Source: Candidatus Saccharimonadota bacterium (GTDB lineage: Archaea > Nanohalarchaeota > Nanosalinia > Nanosalinales > Nanosalinaceae). Taken from it: DNA of 32,000 nucleotides. Under the pieces are notes generated by a model. The model made no database searches and had not been told where the DNA came from. It saw only the letters and a program-made list of their open reading frames with translations. Positions 24,787-31,998 of the stretch are shown here, in pieces (positions within the stretch are counted from its first letter, which is position 1; every line of letters starts with the position of its first letter). The position numbers were made by a program, and so were the translations under genes. The stretch covers positions 990,001-1,022,000 of the forward strand of contig NZ_CP107255.1 in NCBI RefSeq assembly GCF_029232205.1, read 5' to 3'.

Positions 24787-25088
24787 CCTGCATCACCTTT
24801 CTCATCTATTCTTCTCTCGTATTTTTCCATTGCCCTCTCGAAGGCCTTCTCCGCATCTATATCCAGCGAGTCTGCTACTGCCAGGATTGAGAAAAGCACG
24901 TCACCTATCTCATCCTCTTTAACATCCAGTTTTTCTCGGGCCCCTCCGTATTCAGCGGTTTTTACCGCGTCCTTCACTATTTCTCCGGCCTCTGATATGA
25001 AATCCATTATTCTGAACTCTGGTGGGGCCTGCATGTCGTTTTCTTCAAGAAATTCTGATACTCTGTTTTGTTGTTGGCGGAGAGACAT
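24768..25088 (-). CDS. MazG-like all-alpha nucleoside triphosphate pyrophosphohydrolase
   Basis: 106 aa with EAGEIVKD ... EDEIGDVLFSILAVADSLDIDAEKAFERAMEKYERR, the EExxE/D metal motif pattern of small MazG proteins. Confidence 0.72.
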   Translation of the reverse strand: MSLRQQQNRVSEFLEENDMQAPPEFRIMDFISEAGEIVKDAVKTAEYGGAREKLDVKEDEIGDVLFSILAVADSLDIDAEKAFERAMEKYERRIDEKGDAGSGSHS

Positions 25089-25091
25089 CCT

Positions 25092-25991
25092 TTATTCGAC
25101 CTCTATATGTCCTTTTCTTGCGGCGTGAAAGATATATTCCTGGGCATAACCAGAGTACTCGCCGAAGTGTTCTCTCATGTTTTCAGATAGTTGATCGTAT
25201 TTATCAGCGTAGAGATCCTCAAAATGACTTTTCAAGGCCTTATCTGCCCACGTATCGATTGGGTAGGCCTCGTAGAATCCTAGAGAGAAGAGAAGTACGC
25301 AGTCCGCTACTTTGTCTCCTACGCCGTACAGTTTCTTCATTTCTTCGCGGGCCTCGACGTACTCCATTTCTCCGACTTCTTCAGCTTCAAAGCTTTCTTC
25401 CTCCAGAATTTTGAGAGTTTCTACTATGTATTTTGCTCTGTAACCTGTTCCCAGTTCTCTGAGTTCTTCTTCAGAGGCCTGTGAAAGTTCTTCCCTAGTA
25501 GGGAATCTTAGTAGTTCTTTTCCATTGATTTCTCTTGTTTCGCCGTATTTTCTGGCGATTTCGTTGTGCATTTTCTTGATTCGTGGTATTCTCATCTGTG
25601 GCGAAAGCAGATAGGAGATAAGACATGGGAAGAATTCGTCCTGTACAATTCTGAGGCCCCAGAGATATTCTTTTGCCTCTGAAAGTTTCTGATTTTCCGG
25701 AAATGTCTGGAAGATGTCTTCCAGATCGTGATGTATTCCGAGGGCCTCTTCTACTTCTTCTCTTGGCAGTTCTGTTTCTACAATTATTTCGTTGTCTTTT
25801 TCCTCTACTATTATCGGTTTCTTGTTTCTGAATGTGTAGAACCGGGAATTCTTTTCGGATTCAGAAGATTCTTGGTCTTCGGATGCTTCTTCGTAGAGTT
25901 TGCCGTTTACTCGATGCCAGCAGAATGTCTGGCCACAGGTCATTGTCTGTTCCAGGTCGAAGTCTTCCGCCGGTATCGAGAATTTTTGCAT
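25092..25991 (-). CDS. ogg: 8-oxoguanine DNA glycosylase/AP lyase (OGG, HhH-GPD family)
   Basis: OGG_N-like TMTCGQTFCW. HhH-GPD LYGVGDKVADCVLLF carries the catalytic Lys context, followed by YPIDTW (Asp). Confidence 0.85.
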   Translation of the reverse strand: MQKFSIPAEDFDLEQTMTCGQTFCWHRVNGKLYEEASEDQESSESEKNSRFYTFRNKKPIIVEEKDNEIIVETELPREEVEEALGIHHDLEDIFQTFPENQKLSEAKEYLWGLRIVQDEFFPCLISYLLSPQMRIPRIKKMHNEIARKYGETREINGKELLRFPTREELSQASEEELRELGTGYRAKYIVETLKILEEESFEAEEVGEMEYVEAREEMKKLYGVGDKVADCVLLFSLGFYEAYPIDTWADKALKSHFEDLYADKYDQLSENMREHFGEYSGYAQEYIFHAARKGHIEVE

Positions 25992-26018
25992 GGAATATCT
26001 AGTGGTGAGAAAGAGTTT

Positions 26019-26213
26019 TTAGTCCGAGTCCTTCTTCGAGTACTTGAAGAATCCTGTACCTTTTTCCTCGTCGTAGTCGTCGCTCTTGTCTTTGGTCTTC
26101 TTTGCATCTCTTTTCAGGTAGCTGCGGCCGCATTGGTGGCATTTTACTCTTTTCTGGGCCTTGCTTCGCTGTTTGTAGCCGCAGTCCGGGCACTGGTAGA
26201 AGACCTTTGACAT
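26019..26213 (-). CDS. Small zinc-ribbon protein with Lys-rich/acidic tail
   Basis: CPDCG ... CHQCG are two CxxC knuckles in 64 aa. The gene lies between the DUF123 and ogg genes. Confidence 0.6.
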   Translation of the reverse strand: MSKVFYQCPDCGYKQRSKAQKRVKCHQCGRSYLKRDAKKTKDKSDDYDEEKGTGFFKYSKKDSD

Positions 26214-26215
26214 GT

Positions 26216-26590
26216 TTATTTCTCCTTTGCTGAATGTGTTAAGCTCTTCGGTATTTTGAACAGATGTGAGTTTTTACTGGAGTCGGAGGCCCCGAATTCC
26301 GGTACCGGTTCTGCTATTTTCTCCATGATGGAGGCCATGATTTGTTCGTATTCCGAGGTTTCCGGCAGTATGAAGTAGTCGTAGGTTGAGGCCTTTTCTG
26401 TGAGGTAGTCTATGTGCCAGTGTAGTTTTTTGTCGCTGGAGAAGTGTCTTTGCAGTCTTTTTTCGACTGAGTTCTGTGCTGATCCGATGTATGCATAGTG
26501 GCCTTTGGAGAATTTTATTTGGCCTAGAGCTCCTACTTCGATTTCTCTGTCTTTTTCTAACTCTATGAAAAGCATGTAGACTCCTTTCAT
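26216..26590 (-). CDS. DUF123 / GIY-YIG-superfamily nuclease-like protein
   Basis: GVYMLFIEL, GHYAYIGSA, RLQRHFS and KKLHWHIDYL match the DUF123 signature. I prefer ATG 26590 to the tracked TTG 26608. Confidence 0.75.
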   Translation of the reverse strand: MKGVYMLFIELEKDREIEVGALGQIKFSKGHYAYIGSAQNSVEKRLQRHFSSDKKLHWHIDYLTEKASTYDYFILPETSEYEQIMASIMEKIAEPVPEFGASDSSKNSHLFKIPKSLTHSAKEK

Positions 26591-26631
26591 CACTGCACGT
26601 TTTAACAAATTGGCTGCGAGTTTTTAGTATT

Positions 26632-26919
26632 ATGAGATCGGAGCTGCGTGATGGTCTTATCTACGGTCTTTTTCTTGCAGGCCTGACTTTTCTGACTGTG
26701 AAGGTTCTCGGTTTCAATCCTGCTTCTCTTACTGTTCTGCTGTATCTTAACGTGTTGATGGGGTTAGTGATCAATCTCAGGTCTGAGAATCTGGGTCTCG
26801 AATCTGTTTTCGGCCAGTTGATGGTTGCCGTTGAAGGAGAAGAGCAGAAGGTTAAGAGAGTTTTTACCGGCGAAGAGTATGTTTTGAACGGCACGATGGA
26901 GAAGATTGAGGAGAATTAG
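26632..26919 (+). CDS. Small membrane protein (95 aa)
   Basis: Two hydrophobic helices followed by an acidic tail. Confidence 0.5.
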   Translation: MRSELRDGLIYGLFLAGLTFLTVKVLGFNPASLTVLLYLNVLMGLVINLRSENLGLESVFGQLMVAVEGEEQKVKRVFTGEEYVLNGTMEKIEEN

Positions 26920-27701
26920 CTGTAGGTTATCTCCGCGTATTTCAGGCCTTCATCTGTGTAGACTGTTAGTTTTCCTGAGTCGCTGTACAGTGTCATGCCT
27001 GTTTCGTATACCGCGTCGACATTCATAGGGCCTTCTCCCGTGTAGAAGCTGTAGGTCTGACCTGGCTCTATTTTCACTTCTTTTATGTTGTAGCTATCGC
27101 TGTAGCTTGGTGATGCACTGTGTAGTCGCCAGCCTGAAAGATCTACTGCTTTCTCGGCCTTGTTGGTTATGTTTACGTATTCCTGTTCGCCTTCGACTAT
27201 ATCGAATTCTAGTTCTGGTAGTTCTGATCTTATGGCCTTTGTCTCGCGTTTTTCTAGCTCTTTTACTTTGTTATGTATTTTTTCTTTGATGTCGGCCCTG
27301 ATTTTTTCTACTTTTGTTCTGTTGAGGCCTTCAAATTTTTCGAATCTTCTTCCTTTTCTTACTCCTGTTGTTAGTGTTCCGTAGGGTGTTGTTATTCTTT
27401 CTTTTCTCATGGATGCGTTGGATAAAGTGATTTTGAGAGTGGCTCGCGGCGTTCTGTACTTCGTTACCTGTTTCTCCGGGCTTTCTGTTTTCTGTATCGT
27501 GTAATCTGTTGTTTTCATCTCCGAGTTTCTTGTTGCGTTGGAGAATTCCAGGCCGAACGTGGATCCGAATTTTCCTTCTTCATTTATTTGGAAGAATTTA
27601 TTTGATTGAGAGCTTATTTGGACTGTTTCTGCAGCTGCCGGAATAGATATTACAAGCGTGATAAGTAGTGCTGTGATTATAGAGTCTCTTTTGAGGCCCA
27701 C
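26916..27701 (-). CDS. Secreted or membrane-anchored protein with C-terminal lamin-tail domain (LTD)
   Basis: N-terminal signal/anchor ITALLITLVISIPAAA. The C-terminal EYVNITNKAEKAVDLSGWRL ... IEPGQTYSFYTGEG ... DSGKLTVYTDEG matches the LTD pattern (EfVEl.N ... vdLsGW.L). Confidence 0.7.
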   Translation of the reverse strand: MGLKRDSIITALLITLVISIPAAAETVQISSQSNKFFQINEEGKFGSTFGLEFSNATRNSEMKTTDYTIQKTESPEKQVTKYRTPRATLKITLSNASMRKERITTPYGTLTTGVRKGRRFEKFEGLNRTKVEKIRADIKEKIHNKVKELEKRETKAIRSELPELEFDIVEGEQEYVNITNKAEKAVDLSGWRLHSASPSYSDSYNIKEVKIEPGQTYSFYTGEGPMNVDAVYETGMTLYSDSGKLTVYTDEGLKYAEITYS

Positions 27702-27741
27702 TTTACCTAAAAGTAAAAATAGAGGATTTTTTAAGTCTGGC

Positions 27742-28743
27742 CTAGAGTTCGCTGTAGTTGTTGTTGAATACTACCAGAGTTGATCTGAGAACCCCCAGGA
27801 CTATTGGGCCCAGGAAGAGGCCTGCTGCTCCGAATAGGTATACTCCGCCAAGCACTCCGATAATTATTACTGCAGGATGGAGTTCTGCGGATTTATCTAC
27901 GACTATCGGCCGGAGGAAGTTGTCTGTGAGGCCTACTACTACCAGTCCATAGGCGAATAGTATCATTCCTTCGAATACGTGGTCGATCATTATGAGGTAT
28001 ACTGCTGCAGGCCCCCAGATGAGGAAGGATCCTACTATCGGTAGGAATGCCAGGATTGTCATGACGAATGTCCAGAAGTACGGGTTTGGTACTCCTGTGG
28101 CGTAGAGGCCTATTCCTGCGACGAGTCCCTGTGCGATGGCGACGAGTACGTGGCCTTTGACTACGGCCCACGTGGTTTTGTTTGTTCTTTCCAGCAGGCT
28201 ATCCTGGATGTCGTGTGGTAGCGGGAATACGTCTTTCATCCATTCTATGAGTTTGTCGCCGTCTTTGATGAAGTAGTAGAGAAGGAAGAGCATCAGTGAG
28301 ACTCCTATAGCAAGATTTGCGATTACGTTGAATATTTGGGATACGTTTCCAAAGGATATTGTTGAGAATTTTCTGATTATTTCTCTGACATTTTGTTCTA
28401 CATTTAGATCTTCTCCTGTTATCTGTTCAAGCCTCGAGTCTATTCGGGAGAGATCAATTGTTTCAAGATCCCCTATTCTGGCTGATAGATCCTGTGCATC
28501 GTCAACTACCACGCTTGCTGCCAGAACCATAGGTACGATCGCGAGAAATATCGCCAGAAATACCAGAAATCCTGCGCTAGCAACCTGGCCTGTCATTGGA
28601 GCTATTCTTTTGTGGAGAGGCCTTAGAACAAACGCAAGTATTGCAGCTCCGGCAATGTACGGCAAAAATGGTTTCACCATTAGGCCTGCGATCGCGCCTA
28701 CGACTGCTATTAGAAGAAGTAAGAAGCCTCTCTTTTCATTCAT
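27742..28743 (-). CDS. AI-2E family transporter (PerM/UPF0118)
   Basis: 333-aa polytopic membrane protein with the DNFLRPIVV motif and the typical topology. Confidence 0.85.
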   Translation of the reverse strand: MNEKRGFLLLLIAVVGAIAGLMVKPFLPYIAGAAILAFVLRPLHKRIAPMTGQVASAGFLVFLAIFLAIVPMVLAASVVVDDAQDLSARIGDLETIDLSRIDSRLEQITGEDLNVEQNVREIIRKFSTISFGNVSQIFNVIANLAIGVSLMLFLLYYFIKDGDKLIEWMKDVFPLPHDIQDSLLERTNKTTWAVVKGHVLVAIAQGLVAGIGLYATGVPNPYFWTFVMTILAFLPIVGSFLIWGPAAVYLIMIDHVFEGMILFAYGLVVVGLTDNFLRPIVVDKSAELHPAVIIIGVLGGVYLFGAAGLFLGPIVLGVLRSTLVVFNNNYSEL

Positions 28744-28766
28744 GGATATAACTGCGTTATACAGTT

Positions 28767-29957
28767 TTACATAATTACTCCGGTTCCAGCAAACATAAGC
28801 AGGGCTGGAATTATCAGCACCGACATTACTACAGCATTCTGATCATGTGTTCTGGCGGCAAATCCTATTGCTGAGGCTGTTGCGAGAACCAGTAGACCAG
28901 GAAGGCCTGTAAACAGGCAGGTTATAGAGATGAGAAGTAGAAGTGTTGCGGCCGTTACCTTTCTGTAGTCTATTTTCTGGATTATGTCAACGTAGCTGTA
29001 GGATACTTTCAGACAGATGAAGTAGGATAAAATTGCCGAGATCAGGGCCACTGCAGTCATTTTAAGCATCAGGCCTTCTGAAATTTCTGTCAGCTGGTTT
29101 ATGGCAACTGATGCCCCACTCCTTGGAGAACCTATAATATAGAGTGCCAGCAGAGAAGTTACGATGTCGGAAGAGTTGACTCCACCAAGCGCGGTGATGA
29201 AGTCATCCTTTTTTCTTGAGATAGGTGTCAAGAACGTTGTGGAGATCGCTGGGCCTATCCCGGGTACTATCCCTGCAATCAGGCCTGCTAGCGCACCAAT
29301 CACCCCCGAGAAGTAGGTTGTATCTGTTTCAAATTCTCTTTCTTGTTCAGGTAGTTCTGTGTCTTCTCTGATTGCTGTTGTCATGGCTGGTACTGCGAAG
29401 AGACCTGTGAATACCGGTATGAGTACAAAGTTCTGGTTGACAGGCAGGTTGAATGAGTAGATTCCGAGCAGGCCTGATGCCGCCGCCAGCTGAAGTGATT
29501 TTGCTATGTCTTCCGTGTTGATTACTGCAAATATCAGGAAGAAGAATAGTATGTAGAACATGTGCGGGCTTATAATCGAGTAGACTGTTTCAAGGCCTAG
29601 AAGGAGTACTGGTGAGAGGATCAGTATGAATATTATTGCTGTGAGGCCTCCTTTTGCTGTTTTCTGGAATGCTTTGAGGCCTTTTCCATTTTTTACTGCT
29701 TTTGCTCCCGGTATTGTGGAGAGTGCTGTAGTTGCGTTTGGGGCGTGAAGAAATATTGCCGGTAGGAAGTCGTGGAATGTGTGGGAGACCGAGATTGAGA
29801 TGATAAATGCTAGATAGATTGTGAGGCCTATTGACGATTGCAGATAGTATGGCAGGCTTATGAATACTACTGTGTTGGGGTGTATTCCTGGTGTAAGGCC
29901 TGTTATTGTTCCTGCTAGTGTTCCTAGTATAATTATTGGTATTATTTCTGGGCCGAT
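28767..29957 (-). CDS. DUF112 / TctA-like membrane protein; 5' end lacks any canonical start codon
   Basis: The tracked ORF starts at ATG 29561. The same frame stays open up to the TAG at 30033-30035. It encodes IGPEIIPIIILGTLAGTITGLTPGIHPNTVV...SHTFHDFLPAIFLHAPNATTALSTIPGAKAV, typical of DUF112 N-termini. There is no in-frame ATG, GTG or TTG between 29562 and 30032. I place the provisional start at ATC 29957. Confidence 0.65.
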   Translation of the reverse strand: MGPEIIPIIILGTLAGTITGLTPGIHPNTVVFISLPYYLQSSIGLTIYLAFIISISVSHTFHDFLPAIFLHAPNATTALSTIPGAKAVKNGKGLKAFQKTAKGGLTAIIFILILSPVLLLGLETVYSIISPHMFYILFFFLIFAVINTEDIAKSLQLAAASGLLGIYSFNLPVNQNFVLIPVFTGLFAVPAMTTAIREDTELPEQEREFETDTTYFSGVIGALAGLIAGIVPGIGPAISTTFLTPISRKKDDFITALGGVNSSDIVTSLLALYIIGSPRSGASVAINQLTEISEGLMLKMTAVALISAILSYFICLKVSYSYVDIIQKIDYRKVTAATLLLLISITCLFTGLPGLLVLATASAIGFAARTHDQNAVVMSVLIIPALLMFAGTGVIM

Positions 29958-29982
29958 GTTTGTGTTTGATCGGGCAAGTGGA

Positions 29983-29988
29983 TTTAAA
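29983..29988. promoter_or_regulatory. Shared palindromic TTTAAA box between divergent NAC and DUF112 genes
   Basis: 22 nt to ATG 30011 on the plus strand and 25 nt to ATC 29957 on the minus strand. Confidence 0.45.
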
Positions 29989-30010
29989 GTGCAGGGTGTA
30001 ATGTTTGGGT

Positions 30011-30319
30011 ATGTTTGGCGGACAGGATATGTCTAAGATGATGAAGCAGATGGGCATGGATATGGAAGAGATCGATGCCGATCGCGTAGTAGTAGAAATC
30101 GGAGATAAGAAAATGGTTTTTGAGAACCCTCAGCTCTCCAAGATATCGGTTCAGGGCCAGGATATGTTCCAGCTTCAGGGAGATTACTCTGAAGAGGAAG
30201 ATGTCAGCGGCGAGGACGTGCAGCTGGTTATGGAGAAGACCGGTGCTTCCGAGGAAGAAGCGAAGAAGGCCTTGGAAGATAATGACGATGTTGCAGGCGC
30301 AGTAATGGACCTGCAGTAA
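30011..30319 (+). CDS. nac: Nascent polypeptide-associated complex protein (archaeal NAC alpha, with UBA domain)
   Basis: MFGGQDMSKMMKQMGMDMEEIDA, the NAC domain VVVEIGDKKMVFENPQLSKISVQGQDMFQL, and the C-terminal UBA VQLVMEKTGASEEEAKKALEDNDDVAGAV. Confidence 0.9.
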   Translation: MFGGQDMSKMMKQMGMDMEEIDADRVVVEIGDKKMVFENPQLSKISVQGQDMFQLQGDYSEEEDVSGEDVQLVMEKTGASEEEAKKALEDNDDVAGAVMDLQ

Positions 30320-30348
30320 TTTCTACTTCTCAAATTTTTTCTCTAATT

Positions 30349-31998
30349 TTACTTTTCCTTCTCAATGTACTCCACGTATTTGGAGTATGCAGGCCTTGTG
30401 ACTGTGATTCCGATCAGGATTCCGAGGATTGTTGTTGCTGCGAATCCGTGGATTGTCTGAAGTGCTGCGCTGGATGGGCCTACTGCTGAGGTTACTATTG
30501 ATACTGCTAGCGCCATGCTTCCGATTGCTACGAAGCTGTAGTTTGTTCTTCTGCTGTAGAATGCGTAGCCTATGAGGCTGGCACCCGCGATTCCGATCAG
30601 TATGCTTGCTGTTCCTGCGCTTAGGATTGGGAACATTGCTCCGATTGTTGAGGCTGCGGATGTGAAGATTACGAAGAATGCTCTCTTCATTCTTTCTGAG
30701 ACGCTTCTTACCTGTTCTTTACCAGATTCGTCCGTAATAATAATCTGGTCGTCGACTCCCGTACCTACCGCGGCGATAATTCCAGCGATTGCGGACAGGC
30801 TGATGCTGCCTAGCTGTGTGAACCAGCTCCAGAATCCGAAGAGGATGTAGACTTCCGAGGCCCCTGTCAGAACGATTGGAAGTGCGTATCTTATGTCGTC
30901 ATATCTTACGAAGACCAGCAGGCCTACAGCTACTAGCGATCCTATAATTGCAAGGATTGAGGCCAGCATGAACTGCGATCCCAGTGCTGCTGATATACGG
31001 GACACGCTTTCGATCTGTACAGGCACAGGCAGTTTACCTGATTTGAGTATTGTTTGAAGTTCTCTGGCGTTGTCACGGGCCTCTGATGGGCTTGCTCCTG
31101 TTGCTGAGATGGAGGATCTTGTGCTGTAAGGTTCTTCTCCGAGGCCTGATGCTACTGTTAGTGCATTTCTTAGTTCGCCGTCGACGTAAAGTCTTAGTCT
31201 TGCTGGGCTGCCGTCGTCAAGCTGTAGCTGTGAGTTTTCGCTTGTAATAGATGGCAGGTAGTTGCTGAAGATTAGGCCTGTGTCCATTGCTGCTTCTTTT
31301 TCTAGCTGGATTGGGAAGCTTGTTCTGAACTGGCTTCCTGATCCTCTTGTTCTTCTTTCGTTCCAGTTGACTGAGAGGATGTCTTCTCCGTTGTATGCTA
31401 TTACTTCAAGTCTGCTGACGTCTTCCGTCGAGTTCTCATAGAAGAATGTTGTTTCAGCTGCTGTGAATCTGTCTTCTGGCTGGAAGACTCCTATCTGGTT
31501 GAGGTTGCCGTTTGTTACTCTGCTTACTGTTACGTTCGAGCCTTGTTTCTGGAAGTTGAGCTGTGTTTCGTTCTGATAGTTTACTGTCAGATTCTTTGAG
31601 TCTCCGACGTTAAGTGGCATTCGGGCCTCGAAGCTTCCTTGCTGGCTGATAAGTTCTCGTAGCTTGGTCTGGTTAGTATTTGCTGTCTGGAGCTGTATCT
31701 TGTACTGGCCGTCTCCCAGGTCGACTACTCTGACCTGTGCATCTCCCAGATCGGAGCTTGCTATTCTCAGGCCTAGCACGTCTTTAACGTCTGTTGCCAC
31801 GCTCTGTAGTTCCTGGCCTGTGGCGTTGGTCTGTGGTGTGAGGAGCATTCTTGTTCCTCCGGAGAACTGGATTCCTGTTCTATCCTCCAGCTGCGTGGTC
31901 ATTACTACGTCTCCGTTCCTATTTTCGTATGATGGGCCTATCCACAGTGTTGAGATTCCGAGTGCTAGAAGTAGTACCCAGATTCTCCATTCTTTCAT
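30349..31998 (-). CDS. secD: Protein-export membrane protein SecD
   Basis: N-terminal TM, a large periplasmic-type domain, then six TMs with AAVGTGVDDQIIITDE typical of archaeal SecD. The TCATGA at the start suggests an ATGA overlap with an upstream gene (probably secF) outside the window. Confidence 0.82.
   Translation of the reverse strand: MKEWRIWVLLLALGISTLWIGPSYENRNGDVVMTTQLEDRTGIQFSGGTRMLLTPQTNATGQELQSVATDVKDVLGLRIASSDLGDAQVRVVDLGDGQYKIQLQTANTNQTKLRELISQQGSFEARMPLNVGDSKNLTVNYQNETQLNFQKQGSNVTVSRVTNGNLNQIGVFQPEDRFTAAETTFFYENSTEDVSRLEVIAYNGEDILSVNWNERRTRGSGSQFRTSFPIQLEKEAAMDTGLIFSNYLPSITSENSQLQLDDGSPARLRLYVDGELRNALTVASGLGEEPYSTRSSISATGASPSEARDNARELQTILKSGKLPVPVQIESVSRISAALGSQFMLASILAIIGSLVAVGLLVFVRYDDIRYALPIVLTGASEVYILFGFWSWFTQLGSISLSAIAGIIAAVGTGVDDQIIITDESGKEQVRSVSERMKRAFFVIFTSAASTIGAMFPILSAGTASILIGIAGASLIGYAFYSRRTNYSFVAIGSMALAVSIVTSAVGPSSAALQTIHGFAATTILGILIGITVTRPAYSKYVEYIEKEK

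Noticed and set aside
24768-24800. Programmed -1 frameshift fusing the MazG frame to the ubiquitin-like frame.
   Set aside because: The Ubl frame is in the -1 phase relative to MazG. However, the only open window (24792-24771) contains no X-XXY-YYZ slippery heptamer. The nearby GAAAAAG would shift straight into a TGA. Independent initiation or a 1-nt indel is more likely.
29590-30057. Tracked 155-aa minus-strand ORF (MPICFIILDISCPPNIPKHYTL...).
   Set aside because: The sequence is Asn/Arg/Pro/Thr-rich nonsense. A different minus-strand frame over the same DNA encodes the conserved DUF112 N-terminus, and the 5' part would overlap the NAC gene.
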